Source: a virus
Taxonomy: Duplodnaviria > Caudoviricetes
DNA: 64,000 nucleotides
Virus record (IMG/VR): IMGVR_UViG_3300023714_000001
Reading direction: 5' to 3' (one strand)
A model generated the notes under the pieces. That model was not told the origin of the DNA. It saw nothing but the letters and a program-made list of their open reading frames with translations, and searched no databases. Shown piece after piece: positions 8,108-17,638 of the stretch (its first letter is position 1; every line of letters starts with the position of its first letter). The position numbers and the translations under genes were made by a program.

Positions 8108-8722
8108 TTGTGTTATTAACAAACACAAAACTACGGCAAAACATCAGGTTTCCCTGTACACAACTTGATGCTCTGCATTTATTCAGCCACGGAGAAGACA
8201 AGTCTGAGCAACGCGCCCGTCGACACGCGCTTCTTGCCTCTTTCTAGCTTCGAGAGGATTAAGACCTCCAACTTTCACCCGTCATTCAGAATTATAGATT
8301 GCTATAAAGCTACATACTTGATCTGTATCATTGCCTTGGGCTACTTATACGGCGACTGACAGTTATAGTCTCTTTTGAAGACATCACGGCAAAGTTCCAT
8401 CTTGATAAATACCTCGTGTACCTAAAGTTTATCACGCTTTAGTCTTTACTGGCGGCAGCGGAGCACACCACTTGTACTCATGCACTTATGAAACCCTGTC
8501 AGTTCCTGCTTTAACGCTCGGCATTGCATGCACATGACCTCAAGATACATGCGCTTACACTTTACACATCACCCTGTTCTTATTGCTAAGAAAGGACGTA
8601 CTCGCTGCAGGCATATCTACTGCAGTTTGTTAGTATCGATTACGGGGCCATTCTCGGACGCATGATATTGCGTTTTATAACCGAGGTATGCTTTGCCATA
8701 GTTTTCTGTTTGTTAATATTAA
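8108..8722 (-). ncRNA. large structured RNA, probably ROOL family
   Basis: About 600 nt non-coding between tRNAs, closed by a ~33-bp terminal helix (8112-8145 with 8688-8720); internal segments TCTGAATGACGGGTGAAAGTTGG and GCTCAGAC..GTGGCTGAATA match my recollection of ROOL; no covariance search run. Confidence 0.65.
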
Positions 8723-8724
8723 AT

Positions 8725-8800
8725 TGGCTCCCCAGGCAGGACTCGAACCTGCGACAAAACGGTTAACAGCCGTTTGCTCTACCAGCTGAGCTACTGGGGA
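8725..8800 (-). tRNA. tRNA-Asn(GUU), second copy
   Basis: Canonical cloverleaf, loop CTGTTAA, CCA. Confidence 0.95.
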
Positions 8801-9250
8801 ATTACGACGTCCGGCCTTTGTCGGGCGCCGTATGAAAGGAGTCATTATCATGAAAATATAGCCAAAAATTGGCTTGAGCCCTGTTCTTGGACTCGTTAGC
8901 GGGTAGAAGTACGTTTCGCGGTTGGGGTTCTGCGAAACGGAGGTGTTTGACTTCTACACACTAACCAGTCTAAGAACCGGCCGAATATGACCTTATAGGT
9001 TCATCGGTACAAAGAACAGGCTCAATGGGGGTGAACACGAAGACTGAAAAACTTCTCTTTGGTCTTTGCACCGACCAGCCTATAAAGACTGGTTTGAAAG
9101 GAGATTTGATACTTATGAGAGATTTGAAAATATGGTATAGGAGAAACTGTGGGGAGATTGTAGAAGCGCAAGAGGCGTCTTGCCCTTCTTGGATGTGATT
9201 GAAATGATTTATGTAGGAGATGTCTTATCGTCTTCCCTGACGATGATTTA

Positions 9251-9279
9251 ATTATACAGCTTCTTAAATAAAATGTCAA
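9251..9279 (-). promoter_or_regulatory. consensus sigma-A promoter at the head of the RNA-gene island
   Basis: TTGACA-17bp-TATAAT. Confidence 0.85.
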
Positions 9280-9315
9280 GAGAAAATATGTAAGAAGTTG
9301 AAAATTTTTTCCTTC

Positions 9316-9663
9316 TTACATATTTTCGGATAATCTGGGCTTTGAATACTTTTCCCAGATATACTCCAGCTCTTTTTGATAATCTCCGTTTGCCATACAG
9401 ACCCGTTCCTTTTCATACACCCTCGTTACCTTTTCGTTAAAGAGGTCTTCGTGCGTTGCTGTGATGCTTACATAATCGTTATCTCCTGTTGCCGGGTCAT
9501 ATCCTGGATGCCTATTGACTTTAAGAGTCACACGCCCGGTTGCTCCAAACCCATAAAATGTATAGCAGTCCCCTGCTTTTAAATCGCGATACGTTAATCC
9601 ATAAACGCGATTAACAGCAATATTGCGGCTGCGAACGAGGAGAGTTTCGTTAAAATATCGCAT
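9316..9663 (-). CDS. hypothetical protein
   Basis: MRYFNET start at 9663 after GGAG; the ORF-track extension runs through a regulatory hairpin. Confidence 0.6.
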   Translation of the reverse strand: MRYFNETLLVRSRNIAVNRVYGLTYRDLKAGDCYTFYGFGATGRVTLKVNRHPGYDPATGDNDYVSITATHEDLFNEKVTRVYEKERVCMANGDYQKELEYIWEKYSKPRLSENM

Positions 9664-9690
9664 AATGAGTACTCCATAGAAAAGACAAAG

Positions 9691-9719
9691 AAAACAAGAC
9701 AACTGCCCGCGAAGCGGGC
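9691..9719 (-). promoter_or_regulatory. hairpin + TTGTCTTGTTT box element (putative phage-RNAP promoter)
   Basis: Plus strand AAAACAAGACAA-CT-GCCCGC-GAA-GCGGGC; same architecture as seven copies at 45-51 kb. Confidence 0.6.
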
Positions 9720-9739
9720 GAAAAAATGATGAGAGGGAG

Positions 9740-10582
9740 TTACGCAGCATCGATGGCACTCTGCATGCGAGAGCGGAGATTGGATTGCTCTTTCTTGATG
9801 ATGCGATAGGTTGTTGATATAGAGGTATTGTATTTTTTAGCGAGGGCTCTTATAGAGTATTCTCCCGTATTGTAGTCGCTAAAAATCTCTGCGGCCTGAC
9901 TATGTGCTTCTGACACCTTGCGGGGGTAAGAAGCATTGTTAGTGTCAGATACAGTGTCATTCTTTTTAGGTTGAGTATTGTCCTGGATTACAGCCATACT
10001 GTTTTTCTTACGCTCAGAGCGGATAAATCCCATTTTCCCCAGAGCTTCTTCGGCATCCACAACTTTCTCCCCTGCTTCAATCAGGTTTGCAAGCGAATCG
10101 ATATTGTACTCGATTTCAGGTTTTAATGCGCTAGATAAAATTCCATTACGGAAAACAAACGGGCCGCGCGGATAATCCCCCTCAGCACCACTATCGATGA
10201 AAAATTCTTTATCTGCTACGACGCCTGCGGCCTCGCACTTCTTCCATAATGTAACGGGAACTTTTACTAATTCGCAGTCATTGCAGAGGATATCCTCAAG
10301 AGCATACCCTTCTTTTAATAAATCGTCTTTTGTTTTTGGGGTGTTGCTGCTTTTAGGCCAAAATAACATACTGTCCAGACCAAACTGAGCGCCAAGCCAC
10401 CTTGTCACGTCTGCCTTGTTAAGCATTACAGGTGCGAGATATTCCTCTGAAATATCATTTGCATCAAGATTGTCAGATTTGAGGTTATACATCCCCGTCG
10501 TTTCGTTATAAGCAGAAACGGTAAAAATGCGTCCATTGTTTACGCAATATACTTCGTCGCCCGGTTGATATACTATTTTCAT
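9740..10582 (-). CDS. protein with a C-terminal helix-turn-helix
   Basis: SIRALAKKYNTSISTTYRIIK HTH; ends IDAA. Confidence 0.65.
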   Translation of the reverse strand: MKIVYQPGDEVYCVNNGRIFTVSAYNETTGMYNLKSDNLDANDISEEYLAPVMLNKADVTRWLGAQFGLDSMLFWPKSSNTPKTKDDLLKEGYALEDILCNDCELVKVPVTLWKKCEAAGVVADKEFFIDSGAEGDYPRGPFVFRNGILSSALKPEIEYNIDSLANLIEAGEKVVDAEEALGKMGFIRSERKKNSMAVIQDNTQPKKNDTVSDTNNASYPRKVSEAHSQAAEIFSDYNTGEYSIRALAKKYNTSISTTYRIIKKEQSNLRSRMQSAIDAA

Positions 10583-10650
10583 TTAGGTCCTCCAAAAAAA
10601 ACTACTTAATTACTTCTTACACAAAAGTATAGTCCCTTCTTACTTTTAAG

Positions 10651-10812
10651 TCAAGACTTTTTCTTGGTGCCAAATATTGTTTGTAGAACCAATCTGCCGA
10701 TTTTTGCTTCCAGCCCCGTTTTTGATGTCGGAATGCCTGTTTTTCGGGCGAACTGTCGTTTAACATTTGTAATGCCAAGAAATGTTTTCCAGGAAAACCC
10801 ACCTTTATTCAT
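10651..10812 (-). CDS. small basic hypothetical protein
   Basis: MNKGGFSWKTFLGIT...; start overlaps the nrdG stop (ATGA). Confidence 0.6.
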   Translation of the reverse strand: MNKGGFSWKTFLGITNVKRQFARKTGIPTSKTGLEAKIGRLVLQTIFGTKKKS

Positions 10813-11312
10813 GCCGCCATTACTCCTTCCTCTGTCCACAAACTCCAGGTATCTCCCCGGCGCTTCCAGATACGCTGGTTACGACTGCCACGGAACTGCA
10901 GCGTAAGATCTTTCAGTTCTTCCATAAATTCGCCATCTACCAATACATCTATTTTATCCAACAACAACTTATGTGGGCCGAAACCATGCTGCATAAGCTG
11001 GTTTAGCGTAAATCCGGTATAACACCAGACATTGCCGCCCATCTCATGTACCTTATCAGCAAGTTCCATAAAGGCAAACGGCTGCATAAATGGTTCGCCA
11101 CCACTAAATGTCATGCCATCCAGTAATGGATTATTCTTATATTGTTCCAGAATTTCTTCTGTAGTTGTTATATAGCCGCCCGCACTATTCCACGTTGCGG
11201 GATTGTGACAGCCGTGACAATGATGTGGGCACCCCTGCCCGAACACGGTCATGCGGATGCCCTCACCGTCTACTACGGAATCATCCTGGATTCCTGCTAC
11301 TTTTATCTGCAA
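10809..11312 (-). CDS. nrdG: anaerobic ribonucleotide reductase activating protein (radical SAM)
   Basis: VDGEGIR, GCPHHCHGCHN (CxxxCxxC), TFSGGEP, FRGSRNQ. Confidence 0.92.
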   Translation of the reverse strand: MQIKVAGIQDDSVVDGEGIRMTVFGQGCPHHCHGCHNPATWNSAGGYITTTEEILEQYKNNPLLDGMTFSGGEPFMQPFAFMELADKVHEMGGNVWCYTGFTLNQLMQHGFGPHKLLLDKIDVLVDGEFMEELKDLTLQFRGSRNQRIWKRRGDTWSLWTEEGVMAA

Positions 11313-11606
11313 TTAAAAATCGTCCTCCTCTTCATTGCATTTGATTGGCTCTTCATCGTAGCCCTCAGCAATTTCTCTTGCATCTTTCCACAAATCGCGC
11401 AAAAAACACCATTCGCGCGAATTATTATATGGGTCAATAACCTCGTGCTCGTCAAATCTTGCAATGAGGCTTTCGTCTTGCAGCGGGAGTTTTATGATTT
11501 CGTCCGTGTCCCAGTCCTTTCTATAAATCCATCCATTATCCACCTTATATTTATAGCCATTGGCATAACTACAAGAAAGATAATTTTTGCCAACACAAAC
11601 GTCCAT
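11313..11606 (-). CDS. hypothetical acidic protein
   Basis: AGGAG RBS; 97 aa. Confidence 0.6.
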   Translation of the reverse strand: MDVCVGKNYLSCSYANGYKYKVDNGWIYRKDWDTDEIIKLPLQDESLIARFDEHEVIDPYNNSREWCFLRDLWKDAREIAEGYDEEPIKCNEEEDDF

Positions 11607-11805
11607 TTATCTCACGCTCCTCTTGTTAGAACTCGATTTCCCCGGCCCAAAGCGCGTTCAAAGCATCCTCTTTAGACGCGAACGCGTAGCGAGCTGGTTG
11701 CTCGCCGTATTTGTCTACGACGAGCATAAATAATCCGGCTGCGGAGTATTCGTAGCTGAACTCCGTAGCATTATTGGAAAACCAGTATTTCATGATACCC
11801 TCTCC

Positions 11806-12033
11806 TTACATTTCACGAACAATATAATCATCAAGGGGTTTGTCTTTATACACAAAAACTTCTTCATTCCAAAACACTTCATCTAAGTCTATCAGCTCTG
11901 ACGTTTCGAAAACACCATGGCCATCTGTCCAGACGAATTTGCCGTCTTGTTCGTAGCTATCCAGAATACCTTCGGAATCCGTCCAACGGTTTCCATTCCA
12001 AACTACTTCACATGCTTTTTTCATAGAAATCAC
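11806..12033 (-). CDS. hypothetical protein
   Basis: AAGGAG RBS. Confidence 0.6.
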   Translation of the reverse strand: MISMKKACEVVWNGNRWTDSEGILDSYEQDGKFVWTDGHGVFETSELIDLDEVFWNEEVFVYKDKPLDDYIVREM

Positions 12034-12154
12034 TCCTTTTTATCTGCCGCCTCAATTGCGGCTCGTCCCCACTAACGTGGGGCAAAGTCGTGATATCCCT
12101 ATTCAGCTTTGTTCAGCATCCCGTTTTTCTCGAAAATACCATCAGCCGAAATGT

Positions 12155-12445
12155 TTACTCCCCGACTTCTCCCCAAAGAGTCTCGTAATCGTCAACACTC
12201 ATGTGAACTTCAGCCCACGCTTTAGCTTCTTCTTCGGTGCAGGGCCTGATATACCCTTCGGAATAAGGTGTACGAGCGCCGCCAAACCGGTAAATAAAAT
12301 ATTCTCCGGTTTTCTTCCGATACAGCTTTGATTCTTCAAAGTCAAAGTCTGTACGGGCTAAAATATCTCCTCCAATATTGTTGTCATACCCCAGTTCTTT
12401 TGCCGTATCCGTATCATACTTTTTGCCGCCAATAATCTTTTTCAC
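12155..12445 (-). CDS. phage hypothetical protein (KKIIxGKKYDTxTA type)
   Basis: GTG start, AGGAGG RBS; N-terminus familiar from Bacillota phages. Confidence 0.7.
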   Translation of the reverse strand: MKKIIGGKKYDTDTAKELGYDNNIGGDILARTDFDFEESKLYRKKTGEYFIYRFGGARTPYSEGYIRPCTEEEAKAWAEVHMSVDDYETLWGEVGE

Positions 12446-12507
12446 GACTAACTCCTCCTTTTGTGCACTTCTTTAATCTATTCTAGTGTAACCTTTGGGA
12501 TTCCTGC

Positions 12508-12536
12508 TAGACAAGAAGAAAAATATTTGCTACTAT
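12508..12536 (+). promoter_or_regulatory. sigma-A promoter of the solitary-repeat sRNA
   Basis: TAGACA-17bp-TACTAT with extended -10 TG. Confidence 0.65.
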
Positions 12537-12561
12537 TAAGGCATCAACCATCACGGTTGTT

Positions 12562-12596
12562 GTCTCCCAGTATGAAGACTGGGAGTGGATTGAAAT
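12562..12596 (+). CRISPR. solitary type I-C-like CRISPR repeat unit (not an array)
   Basis: GTCTCCCAGTATGAAGACTGGGAGTGGATTGAAAT: GTC start, hairpin, GTGGATTGAAAT 3' end typical of I-C repeats; only one copy seen. Confidence 0.7.
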
Positions 12597-12627
12597 ATTT
12601 TCTTTTTTTATTACCTAACACGCAGCT

Positions 12628-12650
12628 GGCCGCCTTCGGGCGGCCTTTTG
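12628..12650 (+). terminator. intrinsic terminator
   Basis: GGCCGCC-TTCG-GGCGGCC-TTTT. Confidence 0.75.
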
Positions 12651-12759
12651 CGTTGCTCTGATTTTTTTCAGATTCTCTCAGGTTCTACCGTAAAGACATC
12701 ATTCAGAATCGCCTGTATGACAAAATAATGAGTTTGGCTATCCTTCCCATGAGAGTTTT

Positions 12760-13398
12760 TCAATCCATAGCGCCAAAATAATAGCTCTCATTCTCCACGG
12801 AATATTCTGCTCCAAATGCAATATCTTCCTGCCAGCAGCTAAACCAGCCGTCTTTCTTAAGCAGAGGCGTATATGCCTGCTTGAGTTTTATCATATCATC
12901 TTGCATACCTTTTCCATAATATGGCCAGATATCCATATAGATGGTATCGTAACGTTCTGCTGCGTGGGTAGCCGGATAATTGAATACGTCATCCTGTATG
13001 ATATGGACATGTGGCGCAGAGATATTCAATAGTTCGATTATCTGCTTGCCAATCAATTCGATGACATCCGACTCCTTTTCGATAATGCAGATGGATTTTA
13101 CGCTTGGATTTCGCTGTAACGCGAACGGTATCATGCCAAGTCCCAGGCCGCCAATTAAAACATCTCCATAGGCGTTTAGAATCTCTTGATTGCTTTCGCG
13201 TTCCATGGGCGTATCACTCATCATGAGTTGCCCATTTACACTGAGCACCATATATTCTTCGCCAATTTCCATATGGTCGTAGAATCTGGCTCGGAAATCA
13301 CATGCGTTAACCTTGTATTTTTCCAAACAAGCCTTGCCATAACAGGACGAGTTAAGGATATCAGCCATAACAGGAAAATTGTTTTTCCAACGAACCAT
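12760..13398 (-). CDS. SAM-dependent methyltransferase (spermidine-synthase-like fold)
   Basis: VLIGGLGLG motif I, IIEKE, YDTIYMDIW. Confidence 0.75.
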   Translation of the reverse strand: MVRWKNNFPVMADILNSSCYGKACLEKYKVNACDFRARFYDHMEIGEEYMVLSVNGQLMMSDTPMERESNQEILNAYGDVLIGGLGLGMIPFALQRNPSVKSICIIEKESDVIELIGKQIIELLNISAPHVHIIQDDVFNYPATHAAERYDTIYMDIWPYYGKGMQDDMIKLKQAYTPLLKKDGWFSCWQEDIAFGAEYSVENESYYFGAMD

Positions 13399-13432
13399 CT
13401 ACATCCCCCTTTCTAGCCTCTATTATAGCATT

Positions 13433-13933
13433 CTACTTGAGCCACGTAAAATCCTTTCCGTACTCTAGCCGCAGCGCATAGTCAGCTTCATAGTTGTCCG
13501 TTACAGGCCAGCCGTTGATGTACTCTAAACCATCACCTACATCCTGAACAGTTTCTTCGTCCATATCACTTAAGATATCAGCTACGGTAGCGATTTCAGT
13601 ATCATCAGCAGTATCTTTCTTGCCATCCAAAAGTTCGATGCGTTTTGCCCAAAGTTCTCGGATGTATGCATTGACATGTTGTAGTCCTTCTTCAGTCAGA
13701 ATAGGATTAGGGCTTGAATTCTCGCCATTATACCAACCCACGATACCAGTGCTACTAAGGTCCAACTTAAGCATGAGCGCTACTTCTACTTCTTTGAAGT
13801 TAGAGCTGGTTAATATAGATCTTGCTACATGCCAATTATCCTGTTCAGGCTTGCGATAAAGTGCGGTATATATTGCAAATGCTTTATCAATCGTATAAAG
13901 CCAGCCGCGCTTATCTCTATATATTTCAGCCAT
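13433..13933 (-). CDS. hypothetical protein
   Basis: 166-aa ORF abutting the upstream ORF. Confidence 0.6.
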   Translation of the reverse strand: MAEIYRDKRGWLYTIDKAFAIYTALYRKPEQDNWHVARSILTSSNFKEVEVALMLKLDLSSTGIVGWYNGENSSPNPILTEEGLQHVNAYIRELWAKRIELLDGKKDTADDTEIATVADILSDMDEETVQDVGDGLEYINGWPVTDNYEADYALRLEYGKDFTWLK

Positions 13934-14138
13934 TTACTCATCCTCCAGTGCATCGTTAATCTCATCCAGAGCATCGTCGGCTCCAAGAAGAGAAAAACCT
14001 CTGCCATCATCATCCTTTATCTTGATTTTCCTACCGTCATCCATTTTGCATTGGATAAGATAACCGTCCTGGATGCCGAGCCAGTCGTTGTTTTCGATTA
14101 TCTCTGCGTAGCATACATGCTGTGGATTGATGATTGTA

Positions 14139-14471
14139 TTACCGATTCTCACAGTCTTTGACCTCCAATACAGTAAATTCATCTGCATCGGGATTCAAAG
14201 CCAGCGTACTGCCGTTATCCCATTTGACATGGATTTGGCAGGCATCATCTACGAATTCAACCGTACCACATACACCTTTCATGCGACGGGCGGCTTCGTC
14301 TATCTTGCCCGTCGAATCAATGATGTCATACATATAATTACAACAGATGCGCCGGCCCAAAACACGTTTAGCCAATTGGGCCATCTCCAGTTTCTTCCTT
14401 AACTTGTTTACTTGATTTAAACTTTCTTTCGGAGGCCGAAGATAGGCCAACTGTTTTTCAAGTTCAGTCAT
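14139..14471 (-). CDS. DUF4314-like protein
   Basis: GTVEFVDDACQIHVKWDNGSTLAL. Confidence 0.7.
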   Translation of the reverse strand: MTELEKQLAYLRPPKESLNQVNKLRKKLEMAQLAKRVLGRRICCNYMYDIIDSTGKIDEAARRMKGVCGTVEFVDDACQIHVKWDNGSTLALNPDADEFTVLEVKDCENR

Positions 14472-14476
14472 ACAAC

Positions 14477-14920
14477 TCACTTCTTTCGATTCAGCTTGCC
14501 AATGCATTGCCAAGTGTTATAGCCTGACAGGCCGATCAAGGCATCGGTCTTAACCAACTGTTCTGGGTAGATTGCCAGGATATCAAAATCTTCATCATCC
14601 AGGATGACAAAAGTGTCTACATTCTCATCATAATTATGTGCAGTAAGCCATTCCTGGATTTCTTTTCCGCGCCGGCCGCTTTGTGGTGTCACATCCTCTA
14701 TGGCCATACCGTACTCAGCTAAACGCTGTTTAAGCAAGTCGCAAGTACCATGTTCATAACCGGCACGCCATGACGAGGATAAGATAATTTTCGCGCCGGT
14801 TTCATCTATGATTTTCTTCAAGAGCTCAAATGGCTTATCGCTTATGAGCTTTGTAGAGAACCAATCTGCAGCAGAGTTCATCACTCCATCAATATCAAGA
14901 AACAAATACTTCACTGTCAA
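14477..14920 (-). CDS. HAD-superfamily phosphatase (Swiss-Army-Knife RNA-repair type)
   Basis: FLDIDGV, IILSSSWR, FVILDD. Confidence 0.8.
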   Translation of the reverse strand: MTVKYLFLDIDGVMNSAADWFSTKLISDKPFELLKKIIDETGAKIILSSSWRAGYEHGTCDLLKQRLAEYGMAIEDVTPQSGRRGKEIQEWLTAHNYDENVDTFVILDDEDFDILAIYPEQLVKTDALIGLSGYNTWQCIGKLNRKK

Positions 14921-15095
14921 TTCCTTCCGTTTATGACCAGAATCTCATCGCCATAGGGATTACGGCCATGCTCAAAATGATAATCAAATGTGACTGCTGT
15001 TGAACCATTATCATCGATGACAATCATGACCTCTGCATCACCAATGGTGTTCTTCCATTTTTGAAGACTGTTAATGACTTCACCGATTTTCATAA

Positions 15096-15470
15096 TCATT
15101 CAACCTCGTTCCATTCGTCATCATATTTATCGTATTTCAGGCCGTCTGAAAACTGTTCGAGATATTCTTGAATACTATCTGCATCGTTAATAAGTGTCCT
15201 TATAGAATCTGGTACACCGTTCTTTCCTCTACTATTGACCCACATTTCAGCATGTTCATCCGGGTCGAAGCCTATGGCATATTCGCGGAAATTTTCCACA
15301 AAATCATTCCATGTACCGTCAAACCATACTGTAAATACGAAGTCCTCGCCGGCATCGCTGCAAAATTCCATTTCAGCATAGTATTGCTTATTTTGAAACC
15401 CAACGCTACAAATATTTATACTCTCATCAAGTTCTTCTTCAAGTACTACTTTGATTTTTTCTGCATTCAT
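15096..15470 (-). CDS. hypothetical acidic protein
   Basis: 124-aa ORF with ATGA overlaps. Confidence 0.65.
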   Translation of the reverse strand: MNAEKIKVVLEEELDESINICSVGFQNKQYYAEMEFCSDAGEDFVFTVWFDGTWNDFVENFREYAIGFDPDEHAEMWVNSRGKNGVPDSIRTLINDADSIQEYLEQFSDGLKYDKYDDEWNEVE

Positions 15471-15829
15471 ACGTTCACCTTATTCCCGTAGTAGTCAAAT
15501 ACAGTTACTTCACAGCCATGTTTTTTTGCCAGATTGATCATCGATTTTGTGCCACGGGACCTACCGTTCCAAAAAGCAATGAGCTTGTCGGCTATTTTAG
15601 CCATCTGCTCATTACGGATAGGCCCTGCTGCCCGCCCATAAGTTTTCCAGTCTGCCGGATAGAGTTCACACTCTAATCCATGTTTCTCTGCATAGAGTTC
15701 TCCAATATGGTCAGCACCAGAGGCATGGCCGGAGACAATAATATCTCCGGCTTTTACCAACGGTTCTAGGCAAATGAAAGCCATACCTGTATTGGTAAAG
15801 TCGCGGCCGCCCGCGATTACGACTCTCAT
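15467..15829 (-). CDS. SLOG/YspA-family (DUF2493) protein
   Basis: IAGGRDF, VSGHASGAD, GRAAGPIRN, SRGT. Confidence 0.85.
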   Translation of the reverse strand: MRVVIAGGRDFTNTGMAFICLEPLVKAGDIIVSGHASGADHIGELYAEKHGLECELYPADWKTYGRAAGPIRNEQMAKIADKLIAFWNGRSRGTKSMINLAKKHGCEVTVFDYYGNKVNV

Positions 15830-16168
15830 CTTACCGGCTCCTCCAAATGGCCAATACCTGCCTTCTTGGCCAGGTAATTGATTTCCTTATAATTAAGGTT
15901 CTGGTTAAAGCTGTAATCCACATTCACATGCAGCTTGGATACCGCAATCCCGTCAAAGCAATCCGCAAACACATCCGGGCCGTCTCCGCCCAAGACCAGC
16001 TTTTCCCAGATGCTTTCAAGAGTTTCTGTGCAGCCTTCTTTGATTGGGTACTCATCTTTGTGCAGCATCAGGAAGCGCACAAAATCCTCGTCATTATCTA
16101 CAAGCGCAACGATGTTGTTATCCGTTTTGCTCTTACCGTCCCTTACATCGTAAATCACATATACAATT

Positions 16169-16933
16169 TCACTCATAATTCCCAAACTCCTTCTTGAAGA
16201 TTTCGTATGTCGGTTTATCAATGACTGCCAGCACGATTTTCTTTACGCCGCGCCATGTAGTATTGTGAATGAGTCTTGCCACAATTTTCGGGTCCTGCTT
16301 AAACACGCCGCATCCCCATGCGCCGAGAATAAGTGTGTCCTTCTTTTTCAAAGAACAAATCTTGGACATGAACAGCATACGGTCATGCAGAACTTTGTAG
16401 TTTTCTTTTTCTGTGAAGTTGGTGTATCCTTTGACGATGATACTACGATTCGGGGCAGCGCAGGTAAGAATATCGGCTATGGCGTTTCTTTCGCCGTCAC
16501 TGAAATATACATCCGGCGTATAAAGGGCACGGTCTTTGTATAAGCCGCGATTCAGGTTCTTTTTGTTCCAGTCATAATAACTCTGGAATCGAGCCAAGAT
16601 GTTGTACAACCAGCTTTCATGGCACAGAGATTCTTCCTGCGCGCAGCTGCCGTTCAGGTATGCGCCGCCTGGGTTCTTATAAGACGCGAAATTCAGAGCA
16701 ATGCAGTTATTATGACCAAGCTCATAAATAGCATCCGTCGTAGACATCTGTGCCACTTCAAATTCTTCACAGATATCAGTAAATGGGTTGCCGATGACAC
16801 TCTGGTCGTCGCCGCCATATACGGTAGTGCTGACCAACGCATAGTTCATTGACGGCGTAAAGTTCGCTTCGAATTCCTCCGTGCGCCGTCTGGCACGTTC
16901 GGCATTTTGCTGCTTAGCTACCCAATAGTTCAA
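16169..16933 (-). CDS. bacterial-type poly(ADP-ribose) glycohydrolase (DUF2263/TIGR02452 macrodomain)
   Basis: LNFASYKNPGG..GSCAQEESL catalytic loop and ILGAWGCGVF. Confidence 0.85.
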   Translation of the reverse strand: MNYWVAKQQNAERARRRTEEFEANFTPSMNYALVSTTVYGGDDQSVIGNPFTDICEEFEVAQMSTTDAIYELGHNNCIALNFASYKNPGGAYLNGSCAQEESLCHESWLYNILARFQSYYDWNKKNLNRGLYKDRALYTPDVYFSDGERNAIADILTCAAPNRSIIVKGYTNFTEKENYKVLHDRMLFMSKICSLKKKDTLILGAWGCGVFKQDPKIVARLIHNTTWRGVKKIVLAVIDKPTYEIFKKEFGNYE

Positions 16934-17638
16934 TGTTTATTCCCCTTCCACAAAATCCTTTACCGTTTCGTAAAGCTGTTCAATCTTTTCTGTCGGCATA
17001 TCGTCTAACCGACTGCAGCCATTCTTGAGTAGAGCTTCCAAAGCTTTACGTGTCTTGAACACCAAAGACTGATGTTTTACATAGGTGTTAATCTCTGCCA
17101 CATTATCATCGTTAAATTCCAGTAGCACATCGCTGCTGGTATCATACCTTCGCTTGCCGTATCTCCGCCCTTGGCAGTCAAACCGCTTCCCATTATCAAA
17201 TGTAATGTCGCCGCGCTTTGCTGATACCGACTTGATTATATGCTGACTAAAAGCCCAATGGCTGCTATAACTGGAACGATAAGCCGAAATCAGTGTATCA
17301 CCCTTCTTGGCATGTTCAGTATCATATTTCTTTAAGTCATTAATATTGATGTCCAATCCTATTTCATTCCTTTTTTCTGGTTTCCAACCACCGCTTCGTA
17401 CCGGCATAAAACAACTCTTTTTCCATGATGAGAAGCCCATGAACGTCATAAGCGTCGCAATATTTGTCGCGTGCTTTTGCGAGCGGGCCGTCTTGGGGGA
17501 TAGATGCGGTGTCACACCATTTTTCGTATTCTTTCAGCGTTGCCGCCAATGTGTCATCATCCATACAAATGAACTGATTTTCAATTTTTGCCATAAAGCA
17601 TTTCCTCCAGCTTCTTAACGGTCAGAAATACACAAGTT

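Noticed and set aside
2230-9250. Self-cleaving ribozymes (hammerhead, twister, pistol, HDV/theta) near the tRNAs
   Set aside because: I could not fit a complete catalytic core by eye; a descriptor search is still worth running
12562-12650. A conventional CRISPR array
   Set aside because: Only one repeat and no cas genes; reported as a solitary repeat unit instead
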